The notes beneath the pieces were generated by a model. It saw nothing but the letters and a program-made list of their open reading frames with translations, ran no database searches and was not told the origin of the DNA. The translations under genes and the position numbers were made by a program. A DNA stretch of 64,000 nucleotides, from the NCBI GenBank assembly GCA_951406725.2, contig OX597826.1, positions 42,904,001 through 42,968,000 of the forward strand, read 5' to 3'. Of the stretch, positions 1-12,490 are shown piece by piece (the first letter of the stretch is position 1; each line of letters begins with the position of its first letter). This stretch comes from Octopus vulgaris (taxonomy: Eukaryota).

Positions 1-425
1 CTCAGTGTTCAATTGGTACTTATTTTATCAACCCCGAAAGAATGAAAAGCAAAGTTGACATCAGTGGCATTTGAACTCAGAATGTAAAGAACCGAAAGAA
101 ATGCCACTTAGCATGTTGTTCAGATTGACAATGATTCTTCTAGCATGCCACCTTAATGATGATAATAATGATGATGATGATGATCATCATCATCACAATA
201 ATAATAACAATCCTTTCTACTGGAGGCACAAGGCCTCAAATTTGTGGGGAGGGGACTAGTCAATTACATTGAACCCAGTGTTTCACTGGTACTTAATTCA
301 TCAACCCCGAAAGGATGAAAGACAAAGTTGACCTTGGCAGAATTTGAACTCAGATTAGAACAACATGCAAAATACCACTAAGTATTTTGTCCAGTGTGCT
401 AACGATTCTGCCAGCTTGCGGCCTT
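1..425 (-). mobile_element. Two older copies of SINE family A (tRNA-like head, Meta/MESC-like core)
   Basis: Core ctttcatcctttcggggttgat...aagtacc and B-box-like gagttcaaatt; separated by TAA/GAT repeats. Confidence 0.75.
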
Positions 426-456
426 TATAATAATAATAATAATGATAATAATAATA

Positions 457-1033
457 ATCCTTTCTACTATAGGCACAAGGCCTGAAATTTTGGGGTGGGG
501 GCCAGTTGATTAAATCGACCTCAGTACTTAATTTATCGACCCCGAAAGGATGAAAAGCAAAGCTGATCTTGGCAGAATTTGAACTCAGAATGTAGCAATG
601 GACAATGGACAAAATACCTATTTCTTTACTACCCACAAGGGGCTAAACACAGAGGGGACGAACAAGGACAGACAAACAGATTAAGTCGGTTATATCAACC
701 CCAGTGCGTAACTGGTACTTATTTAATCGATCCTGAAAGGACGAAAGGCTAAGTCGACCTTGGCGGAATTTGAACTCAGAACGTAGCAGCAGACGAAATA
801 CCTATTTCTTTACTACCCACAAGGGGCTAAACACAGAGGGGACGAACAAGGACACACAAACAGATTAAGTCGATTATATTGACCCCAGTGCGTAACTGGT
901 ACTTATTTAATCGACCCTGAAAGGATGAAAGGCAAAGTCGACTTGGCGGAATTTGAACTCAGAACGTAGCGGCAGACGAAATACCGCTAAGCATTTTGGC
1001 ATGCGTGCTAACGATTCTGCCAGCTTGCCACCT
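457..1033 (-). mobile_element. SINE family A multimer (one head plus three bodies)
   Basis: Two ~187 bp near-identical units joined to an older unit at aaatagGTATTT junctions near 617 and 801. Confidence 0.85.
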
Positions 1034-1708
1034 TAATATTGATAATCATACGTACAATATTTACTTTCAATATAAGAAGAAGGGTTACAAGACATAGTAA
1101 TGACCTTCCAGACGTAATATACCATTAGATAATATTTGTCAAAACTTCTTTTCAAATTATTCTTTTAGTAGAAGAAAAAAAAAACAATAACAAAAAAATA
1201 AAAATAAAAAGAATTGATTCTCTTTTTGTATGAGCCATTAGATTGTCTGTAAACAACATATCGTCTTGCAAAATACTGTATATCAAAATATGAATAGGCA
1301 ATCGGCTAAAAACAATTTTGTTTGTTTTGTAATTATTGTTTTATCAATGTGCATCGAGAATGAATTTTTTTTAAGGTGAAGTACATACTGAAGATGTTGG
1401 CTGATTTAAACAACAAGGTGGCTACTGACCAATGAAATAGAGAAGAGGAAGGAAGGAAGATTATTAGAAATTTTCTCAGCAATTTGCTGTTCATAATGTT
1501 TGCAATATGAAAACTATGACACATAAAAAATACTGAATCCTTATAAGCTACTAGTGTACCAATTACAAAATATTATGTAATATAATATTGGCGTTTCCTG
1601 CTTTTGGAGGATGGTAGTTTCGGAAATATTAAGGTGGGGGCAAAGGGTGTTTTAGATGAATCTATGATCAAATTTGGTTTTTTGTTTTGCTATATTTCTC
1701 TTCAGACC

Positions 1709-2219
1709 TTTTTTTTTCCAATTCATTGTTTTATATTTCAAGAATCAGGGGTGCAGGCATGGATGAGTGGTTAAAAAGTTCACTTGCCAATCATGTGGTT
1801 TCAGGTTCATTTCTCACTGGAGCCTTGGGAAAGTATATAGTTTCTGAAGCTCTGGGCTGACCAAAGCCTTGTGAGTGAGTTTGTTAGATGCAACCTGAAA
1901 TTTGCTTGTGTGTGTAATACATACATACATACATATATATATATCATCATCATCATTGGACGCTAAACGATGATGATGATGATGATGATATATATATATG
2001 TATGTATGTATTACACACACAAGCAAATTTCAGGTTGCATCTAACAAACTCACTCACAAGGCTTTGGTCAGCCCAGAGCTTCAGAAACTATATGCTTTCC
2101 CAAGGCTCCAGTGAGAAATGAACCTGAAACCACATGATTGGGAAATGAACTTTTTAACCACCCATCCATGCCTGCACCCCTGATTCTTGAAATATAAAAC
2201 AATGAATTGGAAAAAAAAA
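1709..2219. repeat. Long near-perfect palindrome (inverted duplication of an old SINE plus flank)
   Basis: Arms ~1709-1956 and ~1969-2219 are reverse complements with about 4 substitutions outside microsatellites; 12 nt spacer. Confidence 0.95.
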
Positions 2220-2244
2220 AAAAAATACAATGAATTGGAAAATA

Positions 2245-2638
2245 CAAGCAAAACGCCCCCTGTCCAATGGACGGTGCTGAGTTGTCAAACATTAAAACCA
2301 AATTTTCTCAAAACAACTTGTCTGGCCGTCCCATAGGCCCTCTCCCCTTTGAGAAACACTGATTTAACCTAAATTTGAGACACCAGCAAAAGAAGAAATA
2401 AAGATAGACATTTTTTCTATTCCAAGAAAAACGATTTTACAAATGCATGTTCCCATGGCTTTATTGATCGCATTCTCACTTAGAATCGATTTTTGTAATA
2501 TTTCCAAGACTTATACACGCCCTGATACAGTCGGTATCTACATATCAAATTTGAGCGCAATCGGGTAGAGGATGCCCGAGATCCTAGAAGACACACACAC
2601 ACACACACAGACAGACAGAACGGATTTTATATAATAGA
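2245..2638 (-). mobile_element. Non-autonomous Helitron-like element
   Basis: Minus strand starts A|TC and ends CTTG|T (variant of CTRR). Subterminal hairpin gtcca-a-tggac, internal (CA)n/(CAGA)n near the 5' end, AT target with no TSD. Confidence 0.55.
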
Positions 2639-2652
2639 TATATATACAGAGA

Positions 2653-2692
<40 letters not shown>

Positions 2693-3445
2693 CAAAGACT
2701 TGAACTTGATAGTCCTTTATTTCATCAGTTTCTGTATTTAGTAATACTGAAACTTATATAACAGGTGAAATAAAGATCTACCAAGTACAAACCCATGTTC
2801 TTTTTTTTTTCATTATTGATGTGCTCTTTATATTATGTCATACAGCCCTCATCAGACTGCATAGAACCATGTGTAACCACACAACAGTGGAAGTTTAATG
2901 TGACAAACAATAAGAGCCAAAACTTGAAAAATTAAAATTGCTGTGTACTGAATTCATTCTTTCCTACTAGTGTGTGTGTGTGTGTGTGTGTGTGATCAGC
3001 AGAACAGCAGTAGCATCTTTTAACATTAATCTTCCCTATTGGCATGAGTTGGACAGCTCGACAGACTCTGACATATCAGAGGACTGCATCATATTCCGAT
3101 GTCTGCTTTCACATTGTTTCTACAGCTGGATGCACTTCCTAAGGCCAGCCACTTTTCAGAGCGTACTGGGTGATTTTTTTTTTTGTGGCACCAACATTAA
3201 TGAGGTTGCCATGTGGCTTACAAGATCACAAATCTCTTCAAATGAGTGGGACTACAGCATAGTAGTCCCACTTGTGCAATGAAAGTATGTTCATGTCTCC
3301 TAGTCTTCATATTGCATATTCATAGTGAACAAACATCACTGTCATACAAGTAATGTCATTTGTTTGCAATCTTCTGTGAAAACATGTCTAGCCATTGTGC
3401 TGTTTGTCTTGATGATAGGAAGAACATCTGGCCATAGGAAAATCT

Positions 3446-3671
3446 TATTATTTCTTCACTGCCCACAAGGGGCTACACACAGAGGGGACAAACAAACGAA
3501 TTAAGTTGATTATATCGACCCCAGTGCATAACAAGTACTTATTTAATCGACCCCGAAAGGATGAAAGGCAAAGTTGACCTCGGCGTAATTTGAACTCAGA
3601 ATGTAGCAGCAGACGAAATATCGCTAAGCATTTTGCCTGGTGTGCTAACGTTTTTGCCAGCTCGCCGCCTT
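3446..3671 (-). mobile_element. SINE family A, full length
   Basis: Matches the other copies; aaaatct duplicated at both ends. Confidence 0.8.
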
Positions 3672-5148
3672 AAAATCTGCTCCAACAAATTTTGCATGAC
3701 CCATGCAAGCATGGAAAAGTGGACATTAAAACAATGAGGATGTTGATGAGGAAATCAATGACATACACAGAAACTCTAGACATTTGATATTAAAATTCTA
3801 AATGATGGTTTCAAAGACAAGGATAACAAAACAAGCTAAAAAACAAACAAATGAAGAAGCCACATGATACTGCTTTTATCAACCTCAAACAACAGTTTTG
3901 TTAAACCTTAATTCACACAAAATACTTTATGGCACCTTGTCAAAAGCTATCAAAAAACACAAAAGTAAAGGTTATTTATATTTTTCTTATGTACTTTTCA
4001 ACAAACTTCTTTTGCAACAATCTAACAAAGAATATAACATCTGTTTGTTTCAATTCTACTCTGAACTAGCTTGGGGCCATGACACTCCAATTTCTCATAA
4101 TTTAATCACCCAGACACTGCTGCTCTATAAGCAAAAGCAGAACCTGGAAAAGAGATTAAATGTCATAAACAGACTTAGGATATCAAGTTGCATATTGTAT
4201 GCTGCCATCGTTGTCATCATCATCATCATCATAACCATTGTCTTCTCCATCATCATCGTTTTCATCATCATCTTCATCACTGTCATTATTGTAGTTGTTG
4301 TTGTCGTCCAATCATCATCATATTAAATGTCCACTTTTCTTATCCTTGCAAGGGACAGAAAGATTTTGTTGAGGCAGATTTTTTTACAGTCAAGGTGTTC
4401 TTCCCGTTACCAGCCCCCATTTATTTCCAAGCAAGGCTAATACTCCCACTTGGTCATATATGTTTTCCCAGAATAGATTACATAAAAATGCCTGGCCATG
4501 GAGAAATATTACCTTGCTTACAAATATCGAATTATGTTGTAAAAGCTAAATAAAAGTGTAGTTGCCCTTGTATACAAGCTTGTCCCTTGCAACCCTCTTC
4601 AGCTGAGCATTCCTAATCTTGTGGGCTTGTAAGTGCTGGTGCCATGTAAAAAAACACCTGAGCCAGTGTTGCGTAAAAACACCCAGTACTATGCGCCTTC
4701 ACTAGTCAGTTAAGGTGAGACAGTGTCATGTGACAATTTGCTGGGGCTGCCTGCTGGAGCCTATGCAGCAGGTATTTAAAGGGAAAAATTTGACAAGACA
4801 GTCAGTCACCGGCTGACACTCACTGACGATACATCGAAGAGGCCAGAGAACAGAAGAAAGAAGACATGCACCCAACACCAGAGCTGAAGACACCTCCGAA
4901 AGGGGGGGCCCCGCCACGTCAAAACAGTAGAGGAGTATGGGCCGAAACCGGACATGGTTCCTCCTGATGATGTCTTGAGCTAACTGGATCCTATAAAGGA
5001 GCTGTTGTGGTAGCAGACCATGAAACACAGTTGTAATTCCTCCTGGAAAGTGGTTGGCATTAGGAAGGATAACCAGCCATAGAAACCATGCCAAAACAGG
5101 CATGGAGCTTGAACAGCGTATTTCAACAGAAATATGGTAATGAAGAGG

Positions 5149-5721
5149 GTTAACCTTTTTGAGACTGCCTCTGGTTCTGACACCAACTCCTTGTTTCAAA
5201 GTGATTTAAATGATTTAAATTAAAATCTTCCATCAAAAACTTCATGTTAATTTATGTTCCAAATGCTAGCTTAACAATGACAAAGATATTTTACTCTTTT
5301 ACTTGTTTCAGTCAGTTGACTGTGGCCATGCTGGAGCACTGCCTTTAGTCGAGCACATCGACCCCAGGACTTATTCTTTGTAAGCCTAGTACTTATTCTA
5401 TCGGTCTCTTTTGCCGAACCGCTAAGTTACGGGGACGTAAACACACCGGCATCGGTTGTCATGTGATGTTGGGGGGACAAACACAGACACACAAACATAC
5501 ACATATATACGACAGGCTTCTTTCAGTTTCCGTCTGCCAAATCCAGTCACAAGGCTTTGGTCAGCCCAAGGCTATAGTAGAAGACACTTGCCCAAGGTAC
5601 CGCGCAGTGGGACTGAACCCGGAACCATGTGGTTGGTAAGCAAGCTACTTACCACACAGCCACTCCTAAATTCATTTAAATAAAGGCAGAGTGTTTTGAC
5701 AGAAATATAACAAAAGTGTTA
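5149..5721. mobile_element. TTAA piggyBac-like MITE interrupted by SINE family B (5293-5667, minus)
   Basis: ttaacctttt start and aaaagtgttaa end; interior similar to the MITEs at 6367 and 48399; nested full SINE. Confidence 0.7.
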
Positions 5722-5929
5722 AAAACTGAATTGTACTTTTAAACAACATATCTGGGGTTGAAGTTCTGAAGCTTCTGAAGAATTAAAGATTTGGTCACAA
5801 CCAAAAATTTGATGTAACTCTAAATTGCCATTATCATAGTGTTGCAGAATTGTAATATGGTATAATGGGTTAAAGAAATCCAGATTTTTATGTTTGTTAT
5901 TTTTCAATGAAGTGTAATGGAAACAATCT

Positions 5930-6270
5930 GAGACCCCCTTCGGTCATGACACTGACCATGGGATTGCACCTAGGACGTTACTCTCCCAGGCACAAGTCCG
6001 GGCAAGGTTATTTATGGAAGACCAACAGTTGCCCATGCATACCGGCCTCCCTTCTCCACACCACTAATGTTATCCAAGGGAAAGGCAAAGGCCGATACAG
6101 CTTGGCACCTGTGACGTCGCAACTCATTTCTACAGCTGACTGAACTGGAGCAACGTGAAATAAAGTGTCTTGCTCAAGAACACAACACGCAGCCCGGTCC
6201 GGGATTCGAGCTCACAACCTCACGATCGTAAGCTCGACGCTATAACCACTGAGCCATGCGCCTTCACAAT
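5930..6270 (-). mobile_element. tRNA-derived SINE family D
   Basis: Head tggctcagtgg...gctcgaatcc (A/B boxes) and body gtgttcttgagcaagacac; related copies at 13698-13915 and 46000-46270. Confidence 0.8.
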
Positions 6271-6366
6271 GGAAACAGTAATAATACAAAGAAAAAGTTT
6301 AAAATTTTTTAAAAGAGCATCTGATGGTTTGGCAGTCTTAGAGTCAAGTAATTATGTTTTGGCAGT

Positions 6367-6597
6367 TTAACCTTTTTGACGCCAATTTGCCTGAGACCAG
6401 CCCCTAGCTCTATGATAAAACTTCCTGTTTTAAAGTGGTCTAAATTGATATCGTCCATCAGAATTTCGTGTTAATTTATACCTCACATTACCAGCTTAGT
6501 AAGGACAAAGTTATTTTAACGGAATTTATCAATACTTTCAAAAATTATTGAAACAAAGACAGTATTTCTCAACAGAGAGATGGTAACAAAGGGTTAT
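6367..6597. mobile_element. TTAA piggyBac-like MITE
   Basis: ttaaccttttt...aaagggtta termini; ~230 bp; interior shared with 8599-8852, 10185-10440 and 35946-36174. Confidence 0.7.
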
Positions 6598-7057
6598 GTA
6601 GCACAAGTGATTAGAACTATTGGAACCCTTGTAAAAGACGGAAGCTACCAATTTTTTTTTTTTTTTACTGCATTCCTGGAGGCTATGTATTTAACAGCTA
6701 TATCCAGTGCCATGTTGCAGGAAGACAAAAATTAAAAAAAAAACTAAAAACTAAAATATTTCCATTTAAAAAATATTCATAGCTACTTAGTACGTTTGAG
6801 AAAAATCAATAAACTTTTTACATTAGAACTGTTTTTAAAAGACATTTCTAAATAACTATTTAGCAAACTGGTTTTATATTCTAAATGAAGACACAGATAA
6901 TGTTTTGGTTTTGCAAATTAAGATATTTTTGAAAAGTACAACTTAAAGAAGCATTTCAAACTGTAAAGAGATATTAGTTGAGAATAGAGTAAACATACAT
7001 CAAACATATTGTATAATCAAAAAAAAAAAAATAAAAAAAAAAAAAATAATAATAATA

Positions 7058-7845
7058 AGCGTATAAGTACAGGCATAACTGTGTAGGTAAAAGAGTGCAT
7101 TGAGATGTTAGCTGAGTGACTGGATTCAAAATGATAGGAAAGTGGTATGCTGGCAGAATCGTAGCACACCGGGCGAAATGCTTAGCGGTATTTCGTCTGC
7201 CGTTACGTTCTGAGTTCAAATTCTGCCGAGGTTGACTTTGCCTTTCATCCTTTCGGGGTCGATAAATTAAGTACCAGTTACGCACTGGGGTCGATGTAAT
7301 CGACTTAATCCGTGTGTCTGTCCTTGTTTGTCCCCTCTGTGTTTAGCCTCTTGTGGGTAGTAAAGAAATAGGTATGAATATGAACCAGAGGCTGTGATGG
7401 AAAATAAGAATTACAGGATTTTGCAGGGTTTTCCATTAAGAATGATCACATGATGGTGTCCAAGGATGGTCACAGCCTTTGGGCTGGAACAATAGAGGAT
7501 GTACTATTTAAGCAAGGATACCAGATACCAAGAGAAACAGTTTAAGGTCATAGACTTTGCAATACTATAAGATGATAGAGTGGACGCCAAAGAAATTGAC
7601 CAAGCCAAGGAAATGCAGAGATTATTGAAGACCAAGGCAATAATTATTACTTTGGTAACTGTGCATTTGACACAACTCTCAGACTGCTACCAAAAGGGCA
7701 GAAAAATATTGGGATAGAAACTTGCATTGTAAACCTGCAGGAAAAGTGCAATCCTTTATTTTGTAAGGATCCTAAGAAAGATTCATGAGTTTTGAAGAGA
7801 TTTGTTGTCACCAAACTTCACATTCCTTCTAACTAATATAGCATG
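7058..7845 (+). mobile_element. Degenerate 3' fragment of an R4/Dong-like RLE non-LTR retrotransposon, interrupted by SINE A (7150-7370)
   Basis: Translation YKYRHNCVGKRVH*...KWY / EPEAVMENKNYRIL...KVIDFAIL*DDRVDAKEI matches the RHN motif and restriction-like endonuclease region; TAA repeats on both flanks. Confidence 0.75.
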
Positions 7846-7855
7846 TAATAATAAC

Positions 7856-7893
<38 letters not shown>

Positions 7894-7910
7894 TAATAAT
7901 AATAATAATA

Positions 7911-8126
7911 ATCCTTTCTACTATAAGCACAAAGCCTCAAATTTTGGGGCAAGGAGTTAGATGATTAGATCAATTCCAGGGCTCAACTAGTACTTATTTT
8001 ATTGACCCTGAAAGAATGAAAAGTAAAGTCGGCCTTGGCAGAATTTGAACTCAGAATGTAAAAAGCTGGAAGAAATTCAGCTAAGCAATTCATTTAACAC
8101 ACTAACGATTCTGCCAGCTCACTGCC

Positions 8127-8128
<2 letters not shown>
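7911..8128 (-). mobile_element. SINE family A, older variant, within a TAA array
   Basis: Family A core with tail ...gtagaaaggattattatt. Confidence 0.75.
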
Positions 8129-8359
<231 letters not shown>

Positions 8360-9408
8360 TCTAATGAACAATAAAGCTGTAATTTGGTAAATGACATATT
8401 TTTTCCTCTACTGGCATGGCAAGAATGGTTCAGAGAACATTTAGCTATTTTAGCAATAAATAGTTTGGTGCAAATACAGTTATAGATTGATGTACTTCCC
8501 TCACCCTGCCCCCCATCATTAACCATTCAACAATGAAAATGGAATTGCACTTATTTTCAGCTCAGCTAATAAATATTTTTATCTCTTTTTTTACTTTTTT
8601 AACCCTTGTGATACCAAAACACCTGAGACCAGCTCTAGTAACAAAATTTTTTGTTATAAAAATATTCGTATTCAAATTAAAAATTTCCATAACAATTTTA
8701 AGTGGGATCATTTTGTTAACTTACATTCCAAACAGCAGCTGAATCATGGAATGGAAAAGTTAATTAGTTAACCAAATTCCTCAAAATTCTTGATTATTTT
8801 TCACAATTCAAACACAGTATATTTTGTTAGAAATATGGTTATAAAACGGTCGAGCTAGTGGATTGGCAGAATTAACAGCATCAGATCAAATACATTGTGA
8901 TACTTACTCATGTCTTTTACATCCCGAGTTGGAATCCTACTGAAGTTAGCTGGTTTCTTTTATTCCTCTAGGGTGCATAAAATAAGCACTGCGCAATTCC
9001 TAGAGTTGATTGAATTGGCTGTTTCATCCTCCAGATAGTTGTGGCTTTGTGCCAAAGTTTGAAATCAATATTCCTTCATTAGGGGCAAAGAATAGCTACA
9101 GCGAGATTTGAACTGATTTTTTTAATTATATCTTACAACAGAATTAAGAATAAAGTAAGACATTCTCAAGGACAGCACTTTGAGCAGTCTCTTTTGATTG
9201 GAGGTAGTTCTCATGTAATAAGAACAATATGCTAAGTTGATCCTGTTACACTATGTTCCTGTTAAAGTGGAGAATGGGTTAAATGTCATATCTGCCAGAT
9301 TCCTTGCTAAAGCAATAATGAACAATATATGCAGGTAAAGAAGATGAAATATAAAAATTAGACAACTGATCATATTACAGCTTTGTAGCCAAGTGTATTT
9401 ATGTCCCA

Positions 9409-9643
9409 AAGGTGGCAAACTGGCAGAATTGTTAGCACACCGGGCAAAATGCTTAGCGGTATTTCTTCTGCCGTTACGTTCTGAGTTCAAATTCCGCCGA
9501 GGTCGACTTTGCCTTTCATCCTTTCGGGGGTCGATTAAATAAGTACCACTTACGCACTGGGGTCGATATAATTGACTTAATCCATGTGTCTGTCCTTGTT
9601 TGTCCTCTCTGTGTTTAGCCCCTTGTGGGTAGTAAAGAAATAG
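9409..9643 (+). mobile_element. SINE family A, full length with 14 bp TSD
   Basis: gtatttatgtccca at 9395-9408 and 9644-9657. Confidence 0.88.
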
Positions 9644-11472
9644 GTATTTATGTCCCATTGTTAATGGTGTCCCCCATAGCCGCTGTTTACTTTTGTTTTT
9701 AATAGCAACAAAACAAAACAAAATAAAAAAACGATTTCCCAATGAAATGAGCATGTGATGAACCCAGCACTTCTTGTGAATGAGCAAAGCCTAAATTCGT
9801 TACAGTTGAGGAAATTATTGATGATATTTATTCTTCAGATGAAGAGTTTACACTTACACTGGCAATGAGAGTGATTCAGACAATCAAACTGGTGAAAGTA
9901 ATAAAGTAATGATTCAAGTGAACAAATACAGTAGTTAAGAGATTATTGTTATTCTCCTGAAATCTCTCACAAGCCTAAAGAAGAAGACACCTGCTCAAGA
10001 TCCAGTGCAATGGGACTGAGACCACACCTATGTTGTTGACAAATTCCTAAACCATATCTTCTCCATTATTGTCCATTAGTTTGCCTGGAATCATTACTCT
10101 TCCGCTGTATAAACTACTTATTTTTTTTCCTTATCACCCCAGGTGGAGGACAAAGCAAGATACAAGGGCCCAGGTCTGAGAGGGTTAATCCTTTCACAAC
10201 CATATTTTTAGTAATATATACCGTCTTTTTCAATTAACCGAGAAAAATAATTAAGAATTTAGAGGAATTTGGTAAAACAACCAGCTATTTCATTCCATGA
10301 TTTCAGCTGGTATTTGGAGCATAACATTATGACCTAACAAAATTATTATGGAAGCTTTTAATTTAAATATGAATCCTTCAAAACTAGAGTTTTGTTTCAC
10401 AGAACCAGAGCTAGTCTCACTTGTGTCGGTATCAAAAGGGAAGAAAAAAATACAACCTAATTTCACAAACTAAAAATGGAATAGTAACTAAATGGTAAAG
10501 AATTCTGCACTGAAAGTTTGCCCAAACTTCATGGAAAATATAGAAAACCTGCCTGCAAGAGTAAGGAAATTTTGACTCTAAGACATTTGTCGATGCTACT
10601 CAGCAACAGTTTTCTCACAGTCTGCACAAATATTTATTTAAAGGAGAACCATATGATTAGTTACCTTTGTGCTAATTGATTATACATATTTATAATTTAT
10701 AGATATTTTCAGTCAGAAATCAGCAGCTAAATTCCATTAAGCAGACAAAAATCAGATTTAAGAAAATATAAAAATAAAACAACAACAACAACAATAATAA
10801 TAATAATAATAATAATAAAAATCATTAATTCTGAAGTAATGTCTTAAGCAAATAAAAAGCATAGAAAATTGCATAATAACTTATTTATATGTGCAGACAT
10901 AATGGAAAAAAAACATTAAGAAGAAATAATTTATTCAAATTTTTACATGTAATGGAAAAGATCTGGCGACACATTGACTTGAAAAATTGTCTGTTGTTAC
11001 TTCATATTCTAAACTTTAACCTCAGTAAAATTACTGAGTATCTCTTTGCTTCACAGACCTAGATGTGTTCATCAACTGTGGCACAACTTAGAGCATGAAT
11101 GCTATCTCTGATCAGAGGACACCATCGATCATTGAAACTATTTAAGATGACATAGCATAATGGACAATAATCGTCATCGTTGTTGTTGTCGTTGCTATCA
11201 TTTAACATCCAATTTTTTCATGTTGGCATGAAGTTGGACAGTTTGACAAGAAGCAGTGAGCCAAAAAGCTGCACCAAGCTCCAGTGTCTTGCTTTGCCAT
11301 GGCTTCCTGCCTAATGCTAACCACTTCAATGAAATTTCATTAACTGAAATCTAACACAAACAAAATACATTCCTCCCCATTGACACCCCAAGCCGTTTTA
11401 AGACACACATTGGCTGAAACAGTTTGGATACGATCACTAAAGTCAAGTAGTACTTCACATCTCTAGTAACAC

Positions 11473-11632
11473 AGGAGTGGCTGTGTGGTAAGTAGCTTGT
11501 TTACCAGCCACATGGTTCCGGGTTCAGTCCCACTGCGTGGCACCTTGGGCAAGTGTCTTCTACTATAGCCTCGGGCCAACCAAAGCCTTGTGAGTGGATT
11601 TGGTAGACGGAAACTGAAAGAAGCCCGTCGTA

Positions 11633-11672
<40 letters not shown>

Positions 11673-11890
11673 TGTGTGTGTTTGTGTGTCTGTGTTTGTC
11701 CCCCTAGCATTGCTTGACAACTGATGCTGGTGTGTTTATGTCCCCGTTACTTAGCGGTTCGGCAAAAGAGACCGATAGAATAAGTACTGGGCTTACAAAA
11801 GAATAAGTCCCGGGGTCGAGTTGCTTGATTAAAGGCGGTGCTCCAGCATGGCCTCAGTCAAATGACTGAAACAAGTAAAAGAGTAAAGAG
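11473..11890 (+). mobile_element. SINE family B (tRNA-derived, CORE-like, internal TA/TG microsatellite; resembles octopus OR-type SINEs)
   Basis: tggctgtgtggt A box, ggttcagtcc B box, ccttgggcaagt CORE-like motif and a (taaaagag)n tail. Confidence 0.85.
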
Positions 11891-11973
11891 TATCTAAAAA
11901 TACAAAAACAGAACTATAGCAATGCTACAGCCTTGGCCTGGAACACATAAAAGAATAAAGGAACTACACTTAC

Positions 11974-12175
11974 CCGTATCAGCATCTGAGGCATAAACAG
12001 CAATTGCAGAGGTTCCGATTGTTGCATTTTCATAGATGGCAGTGGTATAAGAGCTTGGACTGAATATAGGCCCATTGTCATTAACATCTTTGATGTTCAT
12101 GTAAATAGTTACCACAGAACTTTTAGGAACTGGCCCATGATCTCTTGCACTCACTAGAAGAGTGTATAATTGAAC
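11974..12175 (-). CDS. FAT4: Internal exon (third in window) of the Fat/FAT4-like cadherin
   Basis: Acceptor ttttatttctttcag and donor G|gtaagt; 202 nt, phase 0 to 1. Encodes VQLYTLLVSARDHG...DVNDNGPIF...YENAT...ASDADT and continues LDFEQ from the previous exon in frame. Confidence 0.93.
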
Positions 12176-12224
12176 CTGAAAGAAATAAAATATAATTCAG
12201 AGTAAGAATTTTAGCATTGCTTAT

Positions 12225-12490
12225 CTTTTATTTGTTTCAGTCATTATCCTGCAGCCAAGCTAAGGCACCACCTTGAAGAATTTTTAGTTGATTGGATTAA
12301 CCCAGAACTTATTTTTTGTTAAGGCTGGTACTTATTCTATTAGTCTCTTTTGCAGAACTGTTAAGTTACAGGGACATAAACACAGCCAACATCAGTTGAC
12401 AAGTGGTGTGTATGGGGAGGAGAAAGCAGTGAGATGAACCTAGAACCATGTGGTTGAGAAGAAAGCTTCTTACCACATAGCCATGCCTGT
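12225..12490 (-). mobile_element. Degenerate SINE family B
   Basis: Tail and head segments recognisable; centre deleted. Confidence 0.65.

Noticed and set aside
5456-5683. Recurrent ORFs such as RQASFSFRLPNP...GTEPGTMWLVSKLL
   Set aside because: Antisense translation of SINE family B, repeated at every copy.
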